Made by a program: the position numbers and the translations under genes. Shown piece by piece: positions 52,841 to 64,000 of a stretch of DNA of 64,000 bases. The notes below the pieces were generated by a model. It saw nothing but the letters and a program-made list of their open reading frames with translations. It searched no databases and was not told where the DNA came from. Positions within the stretch are counted from its first letter, which is position 1; each line of letters opens with the position of its first letter. The stretch is from the human T2T-CHM13v2.0 reference genome, Homo sapiens, in assembly GCF_009914755.1 (NCBI RefSeq), contig NC_060926.1; one strand, given 5' to 3'.

Positions 52841-53647
52841 ACATGTTCCTGCACCTTTGGGTATGTGAGAATATTCAGTCATGGTAATATACACACACAC
52901 ATACATTATATTAGAATAATACATACTGAAGAAAACCCGTGGACCTTATTGTAAGACAAAAACATTAAAAAGAAAATCTACAAGTTACCTAGGGGAACAT
53001 CAGTTCAAGCTCAGAGAGAGGGCTACTTCTAACTTTCAGTGGGATAACTCTGGGTATTTCTTGTATGGTTTAGGCAGGAACAGAGCTTCTTTTTTTTCCC
53101 TGTGTTCCAGCCTTATGATATCTGTTGGACACAGGAAGAATCAAACATAATAATGTTTCAAGGTCTTGGAAGGCAGGAATGCAATGTTTTCTTAGAAATA
53201 TGCAGAATATTAAAATCTTTTAATTATTCACACAGCTCAGCCAGGTTTTGATCCCTAACATTAGAAATCAGCACTTAAGGTCCACTCCTTTTAAGGTGGC
53301 CAAGTCCAAAAAAAGTCATAGGTTTATCTTGGCTTGGTGTAATTCTGCCATAGGACAATAAAACAAGGTAGTCGTAAATGATTTCAAACACCATTCATTG
53401 TCCTATCACAAGCTAATTTCTGCTAAAGTAGCTTCCAGTTTCTGTCGCCTTGTCTACGGGTACTTTTCTCTGCCCTTCCCTCTCAACCCTATCGTGGGCT
53501 TTGACTATAGGTGAAACATTAGTTACAGGAATTTGACATGAGCTACTTTGTGGAAGCCTGCCCCTTAACTCGCTCAGCAGAAGCAGTGATTAATATATGG
53601 AAACAAAAAAAAAGTGTTTGAAATATTAGACTCACAGGTGGAAATTA

Positions 53648-53648
<1 letters not shown>

Positions 53649-53680
<32 letters not shown>
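53649..53680. repeat. (CA)n microsatellite
   Basis: Directly visible. Confidence 0.9.
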
Positions 53681-55379
53681 GTATTGATTAAGGAATTGAG
53701 GGATTACAAATAAAGTAGCTCATTTATGACACTGACATTGATGGACGAAGTAACTTAATCCACACTGGTGGTGGTCTGGGTATCAGTGATGGGACCTGAT
53801 TCATCTTTGCTTCCCCGAGAAGGTAAAGGGCACAGAGAATGTGCTCAGTAAGACATTTCTCCATGTATGAATGAACACTGAATGTTAATGAGATGCTGTA
53901 GCTGGAACATACTCTTCTTTCACTCCATAGGGTAAACTGGGCAATGGGCAGGTTCAAAGTTAGCTTCGGTCAGTCAGATTGATTCCTGGTGAGGACCTGC
54001 TTGAAGTCCATGGACAATGGAAGCACCTGAAATGTCTTCCTCTAGAATGCCCTTCAACTGGGACACATTCCCCATTACAGACCATTCAAATCCCATACTT
54101 GTTTGTTAGCAACCTCCTATGCCATCTATAAACTGCTGTTTTCTAAGTTATTAGCATACTTAGGACTCTTTTTCTAGCCCAGAGAAAGTGGGCCATTTCC
54201 CTCCCTTTGTGCTGCTCATCAGCTTTCCCTTGGGCTGTTGCAGCTCTGTTGTAAGTGCACCTCTAAATGGATTTGGTTTGAACACAATCTGTCACTGCAC
54301 TTGTGGCAGGGTTATTAGGTGACAAGTGCATTCTTGTGGTTTTTGAAGGAAAACATTTGTGGCAGTGGGGAGCACAACGCCCTGGGAGTCAGGAGACCTG
54401 GATTCTCCTCCCAGGAGCTGTGTGAAGTTTGCATGATGACTTTTTTTCTCTCTGACCTAATTTCTGTTTCTGTAATTGAGAAGGTTAGCTCATGTGCTCT
54501 TCAGATTTCCCTCCAACTAAATGTCCTCTTGGTTTGCTAAAATGTTTTCCAAATGAGTATTAACTGTTGTATTAGGAAAGGAGGTCTTAGAATTGAGATT
54601 GGAGAAGATTGGAGAATAACCAAACCTTCACAGGCACAGTCTCAACTACATACCATACACATTGTATGGTATGTATTTTGGTATTTTGCAAACTTATCTG
54701 TAAAACTGGCAGAATAATAGTTCCTTCCTCACAAAGTTGTGAAGATTATAATATATGTTGCATTTGAAATAGCAAAAAGCAAGACTCAGGGTAAAACTAA
54801 ATAAATATTACTTACTTAGGGGATTGACTGAAAACAGAGAGAGACAGAAAGAAAAGGAAAGAGAGGGAAGATTAAACATTCACAATCAGCTGATATTTTA
54901 ACTTTCACAGGTGGAAATAAAATGCAGTAAAAAAGAATTGATTCCAAGCCTTATACTGCAAGTATCACTGATTGTTCATTCAAAGTATGAATGAACAAAA
55001 AGTAGTTTTCTATTACAAAGTTTTCTATTACAAAGCTTTTTATTTGTATCAAGAAACATGCTCTTTGCCTGGGGGTTTCAGGGGAGGCCTACATATGTAA
55101 GCATTTTAAAAAAACTTACCCAAATCATAAATCCATGTAATGATTCTAGTGGAAGAATAAACTATGCATGTGTGTAAATGTGTATGTGTGTCAGTTTGTC
55201 AGTTATTACTATTTAGTATTTTTCAAATGATGTACAACAAACATGCAGAAAATGTCTGTTTTGGCATCGTTACCCATTTCTCTACAGTCTCTTCCAAACT
55301 CCTCCCACAAAACTTAGCAATTTTGGGAGGTAGTTTTGTGTGTAATTCTCCAGGGTTTCTTTATCAAAACTTAATTCTT

Positions 55380-55538
55380 CTCTTTTGTTTTCATAGAGAC
55401 AGGGTCTCACTCTATCACTCAGGCTGCAGTGCAGTTATGTGATCATATCTTACTGCAGCCTCAAACTCCTGGGCCCAAGTGATCCTCCTTGCTCAACTTC
55501 CTGAGCAGCTCAGACTACTGCACCGAGCTATACCTTGC
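55380..55538 (-). mobile_element. Alu monomer or truncated AluJ (FLAM/FRAM-like)
   Basis: 'agagacagggtctcac...ctgcagcctcaaactcctgggcccaagtgatcctcc'. Confidence 0.8.
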
Positions 55539-55577
55539 TTTTGAACCTAACTCTTGATCCTGTAAATCCTTCCACTC

Positions 55578-56145
55578 AGTAGGGCAGATTATATTTTTCA
55601 AAAGTGGTGGCAACAGTAGCTGCCAATCCCACCTGCTTTTCTTCCAGTGTGACTTTGACACTGTTTCCATCAAGAGATGGGCCCATGTTCCCACCCCTTG
55701 AATCTGGATGGAGTTGAGACCATGGAGAAAATGATGCAGTGGGAAGAGGCTAGAATATAAAAGGTGATGCAGCTTCCTTCTAGCTATGTCTTTAGGATAC
55801 TGCTCTTGGAACCCAGCCATCATGTAGGAGAACCTAAGCAATCACTGAGAAGCCCTGTGAATGTGTTGTGATTTCAGCGCCAGCGGAGGTTCCATAAGCC
55901 AGCATCAAGCACCACATATGTAAGTGAGCAAACCTTCCCGTGATTTTAGCCTCCAGCTAAAGAGGACAGCCAGCCTTCAAGCCTTCCCAGTTAAGGCCCC
56001 ATATGTCCTGGAACAGAGATAAGCTGTCCTCATGAGGCCTTTTTAAAATTCTTGGCCCAGAGAGAATTTATGAAAATAATAAAGTGGTTATTTTATGTCA
56101 GTAAGTTTAAAATGGTTTGTTATGCAGCGTTAGTCAATTAGAACA
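55578..56145 (+). mobile_element. MLT1G/H-like LTR
   Basis: 'ccaccccttgaatctgg', 'ctcttggaacccagccatcatgt', 'aatggtttgttatgcagc...agaaca'. Confidence 0.8.
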
Positions 56146-56149
56146 GAGT

Positions 56150-58760
56150 TTCTACATTTTTTTTTATTTTTGCAGCTTGATAGTAGTCTATGTTAGAGCT
56201 AAATCATATTTTCTTTAACTACATTCTCATAGATATCCACTTGAGTGGTTAAATTTTTTGGCTTTTGAAAAATATCTTCTAATAAATAACCTTGTTCATA
56301 TATCATTTTAAGTCGATTCAGGTTTATTTATGAATATATTTCCTGAAGTGAGATTTCTGGGGCAATAGTAAATGAATTTGTATGCTTGACTGTTATTTCT
56401 CAATTTTCTTTTATAGTCGTTGTATGTACTTACACTTATACCTGTGGTATCTAAGAGCGCTTGTCTCAATACAGTCTTACTAAAGTATATTGTGGCACTT
56501 TCAGTTTTTTTGCTATCATAATAAATGAACTGTGGTATCCCCTAGTTATAATTTACATTTCTTTTATCGTGTGTGAATTTGAGCGAGGTTTTGTATGAAT
56601 GTACTTTTAGGTAAACTATCTCTTTGTATCTTATTTTCATGTCTAGGTGCTCTTATTCAATATCAAGTAAGTTAGTCCTGTATCTAAAAAGTGATTTGCA
56701 GATATTTTTCATATTCGTCAGTTCCTTTCAGCTGTCCTTACCGTGTTTTGTACAAAGTGGAATTTTTTTTATTTTTTGCTTAAAGTTATCAATATTTTTA
56801 TGGCTTTTGGATTTTGAGCCTTAATTAAAAAAATACTTTCCCTCTCCCATGTAATAAATTACTTCTCTATCAGTATACATCATTATATGTGTTATATATA
56901 TAAAATATATACATACACATAAATATATCTAAAATTTTATATATATTAGTAATATAGAACTTATCAGTACCTATTACTCACATATAGACACATTTTCTAC
57001 CTAAATATATATATATCAGTTTAATATATGAATACCAGTAATATAGAAATCCCCCTTATTATGTGTTTCAAAAATAAATAAATATAAAAACATGTATCAG
57101 TTTAATATCAATATAAATAGTGGCCTTATACTATGTATAAATAGAATATGCAAATATGTAAATTAGTTATATATATAAAATTCACAAAATATCTGTTGAG
57201 TACTATTGAACACTATGCATTAAATACTACTTAGTTTTTTACAACCTTTACAATGGGTGTTGAATTTGGCCAAATATGTTTTCAGCCTATTTTCAGATGA
57301 TCACATAATATATTTTGTCCAATGAACTCTTGATAATATGATGAATTTTAGATTTAAATCATCCTTTTCTTTTTTGCAATCTGGTCAGGTTTTGGTTTAA
57401 TCGTAGTTGTTTTATAAAAGAGTTTGAACACTTCCTTCTTATTCCATTGGAATCGTCTCCTCCTTCATGGTTTGCTTAAAGGGCTCATAGTTTCAAACCT
57501 CACTTTGAGGCTCTGAGAGATTAAGGTGTACTGGTACTTAAAGACCCTGAGAAACAGCTGGCGTCAAATGCCAGAAACATAAATTAGGGAATCAAGACTT
57601 CTGATTTGGTATTCCAATTATGGAATTATTAGCAGTTTGATGTCACTTAATATTTTCATTTATCTTTTTCTTCATTTAATGTTGGAATAATTTAATGATA
57701 GTTGCAAATACGGGGTTCACAAAGATCTTAGACATATCCTTCATGAATGTGGAATATGTAGATGATGAAAATCTATATTCACAATAAACATACAAAAGAC
57801 TGTATCTGTTTTCCACCTCCAGAGCCTTCATTCCCAAACACTCCCTTAATCCCCAGTGCATTAAAAGTGCTTACGTTTTGCTTGTGGGTTTTTATGGACC
57901 ACATGGACTTTTTTCCTACCAGTCCTTGCTTTTTTAGACCAAAATAAACTATATCAGTTATTTACTTAACCTGCAAATGCTGAGTATGCATGTGGATTTC
58001 TTCATTGTTTTAATTGAATCTTTTTTCTACTTTTTCAGAGAGGGACTTTGTGTAGTAAAACTTTTGAAACCTCCTATGTCTGTTAATGTCTTTATTTAGC
58101 TCTCACAATTAAATAATAGTATTGGTGGATGTACAATTCTAGGTTCAAAATTATTTACCTTCAATCACTTACACATATGACTTCATTGTATTGTCTCTAG
58201 AGTTCAGCTATTTTTGAGCCTGTTACAAATTTGACATCTTATTCTTTGTAAGTACTGCTTTCTCCAGAAACATTTAGAAATTTGTTTTTCTTTAGTATTT
58301 TTCCAATATTTTTCTTTAAAAAAGTTTTGAATTTTATCATTGATTTTAAAAAAGTATTTCTCTTCTTTTTCTGTCATTCCCAGTATTAAGTATAGCTTAA
58401 CTTTACTTTTGAAATTTTTAATCTTTTTTTATTTTTAGTGAGTTTTGGCAGAATTCCTTTATCTGATCTTCCAGGAAATAATTTTGCTATTCTAGTACAT
58501 ATATTTTGTTATATAGCTTATCTGTTAAGTTCTTTATATTTTTGAACATGGATTTCTACTTTGTCCTGCTTCATGTTACTAATACCTTCCCTTATCTCTT
58601 TTACAGTATTTTTAATGATTATTTTTAAAACTTAAGTTACCTGGTCCAATATTTGGGCCTTATCTGGCATAGGGTGTCCGTTTTGCACTCTCTCTTTCTC
58701 TTTTAAATTGTTATTATGCCCCTCAAATGTCTGGTTATTTTTGCTTTTGAGCTGTAAATA
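56150..58760 (-). mobile_element. Ancient L1M fragments with AT-rich low-complexity tract (~56875-57230)
   Basis: T-rich degenerate L1 motifs ('cctgaagtgagatttctggg', 'aattctaggttcaaaattattt'). Confidence 0.55.
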
Positions 58761-59955
58761 GACAAAATTGAGTAATTCTGACTTCATGCTCTGAATTATT
58801 ATAGTATCCTCTCCACGTCCATTGCATGAGAACATACCGAAGACCAGTGCAACTCTTCCTGACACAATGTCATTATATTTGTAGCCAAACCCCAATATGC
58901 AATACAAGCCTTATTCTCCTTACCTTGAAACCATGAGGGAAAATATTTGTATTTCAAATCTTTCAGTGTAATCTATTCCCTAGATTAATATTCCTGTTTT
59001 CACCGATTGCAGCAAAATAGAAGTTTTTTACTCTAGAAACAGAATGCCAACCCTCTATGCCTAAGGTCATGACTTTAAACTTCCTTTTCTGAGTTGTCTG
59101 TTATTGTAGGCTTAGTTGATTTTAAGTTCTTATGGCTCCACCCAAGCCACAAAAGGTCAAGTAGGTGCAAAAGCTGAGGTTGCATTTTGAAAATTGCAGA
59201 ATGCGTGTTTCTCTAGGTCTGGGGCCAGCTACTAATCTTCTGGGCCCAGTGTAAAATGAAGAAAAAAAAGCAAAGAAAAAGAGCCTGAAAAAGGGTAATG
59301 ATGGTTACTAAAATAAAAAGTTTTTCTCTGTCTTCGGTGGTCTCACTCACCCTTAACTTGTCACAGTGTTTTTTTAATTTACAATTTAATGTCATTCTAA
59401 GTAGGGAAAAGTTGCATTTTGTCTTTTTTTTTCCCCTTGGCCCGCTGCCTAAGGAAAGGTCACATGCTCTCATCACCACCTACTCTGCAAGCTGTTGTTC
59501 CCACACCTGACCAGAAAAGTTACATTTTAAATAATTAACAAGAATTTTACCATTCATCTTTATACTATGCAATGCCAATTATAATGCAAATATAAAGGCA
59601 TTTAAGTTGTTTGTGGTGTCACCAAAATTACATAGTTCATACATAAATATTTTGTTCTTACCAAAACAGAAGAAATACTGCACAAAAAAGAACTCAACCC
59701 TTTTTATTTTACTTGATGGATATACATTCTAACAACACTTTCTATCCTTGGTTTACAAATTAGTAAGAAAGAACAAAAAGGTAAAGAAACAAAACATAGG
59801 TAAGTAACAGGAGTGAGAAAGACTAGGATACGTTTCCTTTGTCGTTGTGCCTCTTAGAATCCCACTGTCTTCTTTCTGGTTCTAACAGAAAGCATAGTCT
59901 CTGAGACATGAGTGCCCTTGCCTACTTAGTCCATGCTTGCTTACCTTATACTTGC

Positions 59956-60306
59956 TGTCTTAGTCTGTTTGGGATGCTACAACAAAATACCATAGACCAG
60001 ATAGTTTATAAACAACAAAAATTCATTTCTCAGTTCTGAAGGCTGGAAGTCCATGGAGCCTGTGGGTATAGTATCTGGTAAGGGTCTGTTTCCTGGTTCG
60101 TAGATAACACCTTGCTGTGTCCTCACATGGCAGGGGACAAACAAGGTCCCTTGGGTCTCTTGTATAAGGGCACTAATCTTATTTATGAAGGCTCCACCCT
60201 TATGACCAAATCACCTTTTAATAGTCCCAACTCTTAATGCTATTGTGTTGGGGACTAGGTTTCCACGTATGAATTTTGGAGGGACACAAACATTCAGAAC
60301 CTAGCA
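59956..60306 (-). mobile_element. MLT1A-like LTR
   Basis: TGTCTTAGTCTGTTTGGG...'gagggacacaaacattcag'...AGCA. Confidence 0.9.
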
Positions 60307-60521
60307 TTTGTTTGAAGTTTGGTTCAATTCTCATGTATTGTGAGTTCACCAAAATTCTGTGCTCACAGGGCATCCCCAGTGCTATAAGCAAATTCGGTGG
60401 CAAGGAACAGGCAGATATGCATTATCTCCTCTGCTCGTGACCACGCTCCATTGTTCTATTTGACTTCACTTACAAAATGTGAGTTTAATGATAAAGTTAT
60501 TAACAATTTCAATATGGTTAC

Positions 60522-62804
60522 TGATATGGTTTGGCTGTATCCCCACCCAGATCTCATCGTGAATTGTACTCCCATAATTCCCACATGTTGTGGGAGGGAC
60601 CTGGTGGGAGATAATTTGAATCATGGGGGCAGTTTCCCCCATACTGTTCTCATGGTAGTGAATAAGTCTCATGAGATCTGATAGTTTTATCAGGGGTTTC
60701 CGCTTTTGCATCTTCCCCATTTTGTCTTCCTGCTGCCATGTAAGAAGTGCCTTTTGCCTCCTGCCATGATTCCAAGCCTCCCCAACCATGTTCATAGATA
60801 GCACTGTAAGTCCAGTTAAACTTCTTTTTCTTCCCAGTCTCGGGTATGTCTTTATCAGTGGCGTGAAAGAGGTTAATACAGTAAATTGGTACCAGTAGAG
60901 TGGGGCATTGCTGAAAAGATACCCGAAAATGTGGAAGTGACTTTGGAACTGGGTAACAGGCAGAGGTTGGAACAGTTTGGAGGGCTCAGAAGAAGACAGG
61001 AAAATGTGGGAAAGTTTGGAACTTCCTAGGGACTTGTTGAATGGCTTTGACCAAAAGCCTGATAGTGATATGGACAATAAGGTCCAGGCTGAGGTCATCT
61101 CAGATGGAGATGAGGAACTTGTTGGGAACTGGAGTAAAGGTGACTCTTGTTATGTTTTAGCAAAGAGACTGGAGGCATTTTACCCCTGCCCTAGAGATTT
61201 GTGGAACTTTGAACTTGAGACGGATGATTTAGGGTATCTGGCAGAAGAACTTTCTAAGCAGCAAAGCATTCAAGAGGTGACTTGGGTGCTGTTAAAGGCA
61301 TTCAGTTTTATAAGGGAAGCAGAGCATAAAAGTTTAGAAAATTTGCAGCTTGACAGTGTGACAGAAAAGAAAAAAACATTTTCTTAGGAGAAATTCAAAC
61401 CTGCTGCAGAAATTTGCATAAGTAACAAGGAGCAGAAAGTTAATCCCTAAAACAATGGGGAAAATATCTCTAGGGCATGTCAGAGGTCTTCACGGCAGCC
61501 CCTTCTGTCACAGGCCCAGAGGCCTAGGAGAAAATGGCTTCATGGGCTGGGCCCAGGATCCCCATGTGCTGTGTGCAGCCTAGGGACTTGTTGCCCTGGG
61601 TCCCAGCCACTCCAGCCATGACTGAAAGGGGCCAATGTAGAGCTTGGGCCATGGCTTCAGAGGGTGGAAGCCTCTATCCTTGGCAGCTTCCATGTGATGT
61701 TAAGCCTATGAGTGCACAGAATTCAAGAATTGGGGTTTGGGAACCTCTGCCTAGATTTCAGAAGATGTATGGAAATGCCTGGATGCCCAGGCAGAAGTTT
61801 GCTACAAGGGCAAGGTGCTCATGGAGAACCTCTGCTACAGCAGTGGGGGAAGGGACATGTGGGGCTGGAGCCTACACACACAGTCCCTACCAGAGCACTG
61901 CCTAGTGGACCTGTGAGAAGAGGGCCACTGTCCTCCAGACCCCAGAATGGTAGATCCGCCAACAGCTTACACCGTTTGCCTGGAAAAGCTACAGACACGC
62001 AATGCCAACCTGTGAAAGCAGCTGGAAGGGAGGCTGTACACTGCAAAGCCACAGGGGTGGAGCTGTCCAAGACCATGGGAACCCATCTGTTGCATTAGCC
62101 TGACCTGGATGTGAGACCTGGAGTCAAAGGAAATCATTTTGGAGTTTTAAAATTTGACTGCCCCACTGGATTTTTGACTTGCATGGGCCCTGTAACCCCT
62201 TTGTTTTAGCCAGTTTCTTCCATTTGGAATGGCTGTATTTACCCAATACCTTTATCCCCACTGTATCTAGGAAGTAACTAGTTTGCTTTTGATTTTACAG
62301 GCTCATAGGTGGAAGGGACTTGTCTCAGATGAGACTTTGGACTGTGGACTTTTGAGTTAATGCTGAAATGAGTTAAGACTTTGGGGGACTGTTGGGAAGG
62401 CAAGATTGGTTTTGAAATGTGAGGACATGAGATTTGGAGGGAACAAGGGCGGAATGATATGGTTTGGCTGTGTCCCCACCCAAATCTCGTCTTGAGATTG
62501 TACTCCCATAATTCCCATGGGTTGTGGGAGAGACCTGGTGAGAGATAATTTGAATCACGGAAGCAGTTTCCCCCATACTGTTCTCATGGTAGTGAATAAG
62601 TCTCACGAGATTGGATGGTTTTATCAGGGGTTTCCGCTTTTGTATCTTATTTTCTTTTGCCACCACCGTGTAAGAAGTGCCTTTCACCTCCTGCCATGAT
62701 TCTGAGGCCTCCCCAGCCATGTGGAACTATAAGTCCGATTAAACCTCTTTTTCTTCCCAGTCTTGGGTATGTATCTATCAGCAGCATGAAAATGGACTAA
62801 TATA
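60522..62804 (+). mobile_element. Complete THE1B MaLR element: LTR 60522-60880, internal 60881-62454, LTR 62455-62804
   Basis: Two direct ~350-bp LTRs; internal region starts GTAAATTGGTACCAG; internal ORF remnant 60977-61387 (EEDRKMWESLELPRDLLNG...); degenerate TSD GTTAC/GTTTT. Confidence 0.96.
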
Positions 62805-63139
62805 GTTTTAGCACAGCATTAAACCAAGTCCAGAGCCCTTTTGGATGTAGGGCTCTATGAGACTGCACAGGCTGCCCATTCATGAAGCCAACCCTGCCTG
62901 GAACAACTTCAAGGATTCTCACTTTCAGCATTACCCAATGATAAGGGTATTTGCCCTTGATGAGAAAGGAGAAACAATGAGGTGACAGAGGGTTCAGGGA
63001 TGAAGACGTTAGAGCCACCAATGAACAATTCCATCAGCTTCTCCACTGAGGTGAATGCTGCGCCTGTATTTGAGTTACCTTGTGAGAGGAACGACATTGT
63101 AAGGTGCTAGTAGTAAGTGCCCTGCAATTGCACTCAAGG

Positions 63140-63310
63140 GTCTTGTGCTCTGATCTCAGCTTGGCCCCTACTAGGCATGATACAACTTCTCTGAGTGCCA
63201 ATGTTCCCATCTACACAATGGGGATAATATTAGATACCTCATAGGGCTTCTGTGAGAAGTAAATAATGAATGATATACGCACATTGTAGGTGCCACTAAA
63301 TGTCATTTTT
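63140..63310 (+). mobile_element. MIR
   Basis: 'cttctctgagtgcc..ttcccatctacacaatggggataat...cctcatagggc'. Confidence 0.8.
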
Positions 63311-63659
63311 TATTCCCACTCAGGAGAGTTATTAATTCTGTGCTACCAAAAATTAATAGGTAGAAAGCCCTGTGCTGAAGAAAATCTGGAAGGAGGATTG
63401 AAAACGTCTGCAATTTGGCTCCAACCAGGGCTTCAGTTCCAAGGATAGTAGCAGGCTGACTATTAAAGATGATAATGTCTCTTGATAGTCATTAAGCTTT
63501 ATAATATCAGTAAATTATTAAAATTATATTTTTAGTAATCACTAATTATTTGATGATAGAACTGCCTATATAGGAGAAATGAACAGTTATGCACCTGAAT
63601 TATAGCGCTGGACTAATTCCCTTTACTTCTGTTTTAATCTAGGGCTGAAGTTGCCTAGG

Positions 63660-63742
63660 GTATATTTAAGTGTGTATGTGTGTATGTATATATATATAAA
63701 TGTATGTATATATGCACACACATACATACATATATATTTATA
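63660..63742. repeat. Compound (TG)/(TA)/(CA) microsatellite
   Basis: Directly visible. Confidence 0.85.
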
Positions 63743-64000
63743 GTTTCACCTTCTGTAAATGAATTTTATTCAGTTTCCTTCCTATTTGCATGTAAATATG
63801 TCACTTCTCATTTCCTGGCAGAGTAAGGGGACCAGCAAATGTTGGCCAGTCTGCTGCTTGGATTCACAATCACCCACCACTAAACTGGCATAGACTTTAT
63901 TTGTGCTGAGTTTTCTTTTTATTCTGTAAATCTGTGGTTATTGCAATCACTGATGCACGACTATAGGGTCTGTAAGAACATATTCTTGACTGGGAAATGA

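Larger units (their letters stand above)
59218..62896 (-). mobile_element. MER45B-like element split by MLT1A and THE1B insertions
   Basis: Left end 'ggggccagctactaat...gggcccagtgtaaaatgaa'; right end 'cagcattaaaccaag...ctgcacagg...catgaagccaaccctg'; internal similarity to 42506-43799. Confidence 0.75.

Noticed and set aside
60466-61098. Longest ORF in the track (210 aa, minus strand)
   Set aside because: It is an antisense reading of THE1B LTR and internal sequence, with no sign of a host gene.

Overview
This is AT-rich primate (most likely human) non-coding DNA dominated by interspersed repeats. I found no recognisable protein-coding gene, RNA gene, CpG island or CRISPR array. Nearly all longer ORFs in the track are decayed L1, Alu, mariner, L2 or THE1 sequence. 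The window holds a full-length Tigger1 with a nested Alu, a full-length Hsmar2 with a nested THE1 solo LTR, and a twin-primed L1PA7-like element. It also holds a 6-kb older L1PA lacking ORF1 and carrying a MER11 solo LTR, a complete THE1B provirus nested in MER45, and many Alu, L2, MIR, MLT and MER copies. The most unusual signal is a local templated copy. An 86-bp non-L1 segment flanking the L1 at 45361 (45275-45360) reappears 37,181 bp upstream inside another L1 (8094-8179, 80/86 identical). There it is fused to L1 at the same nucleotide and flanked by a 100-bp L1 duplication. The donor L1 has no direct target-site duplication (TSD); instead it has an inverted duplication of its L2 target. 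I read this as a fossil of L1-mediated break repair or template switching, not a new gene system. Repeat family names come from recalled consensus sequences, and boundaries of the old repeats are approximate.
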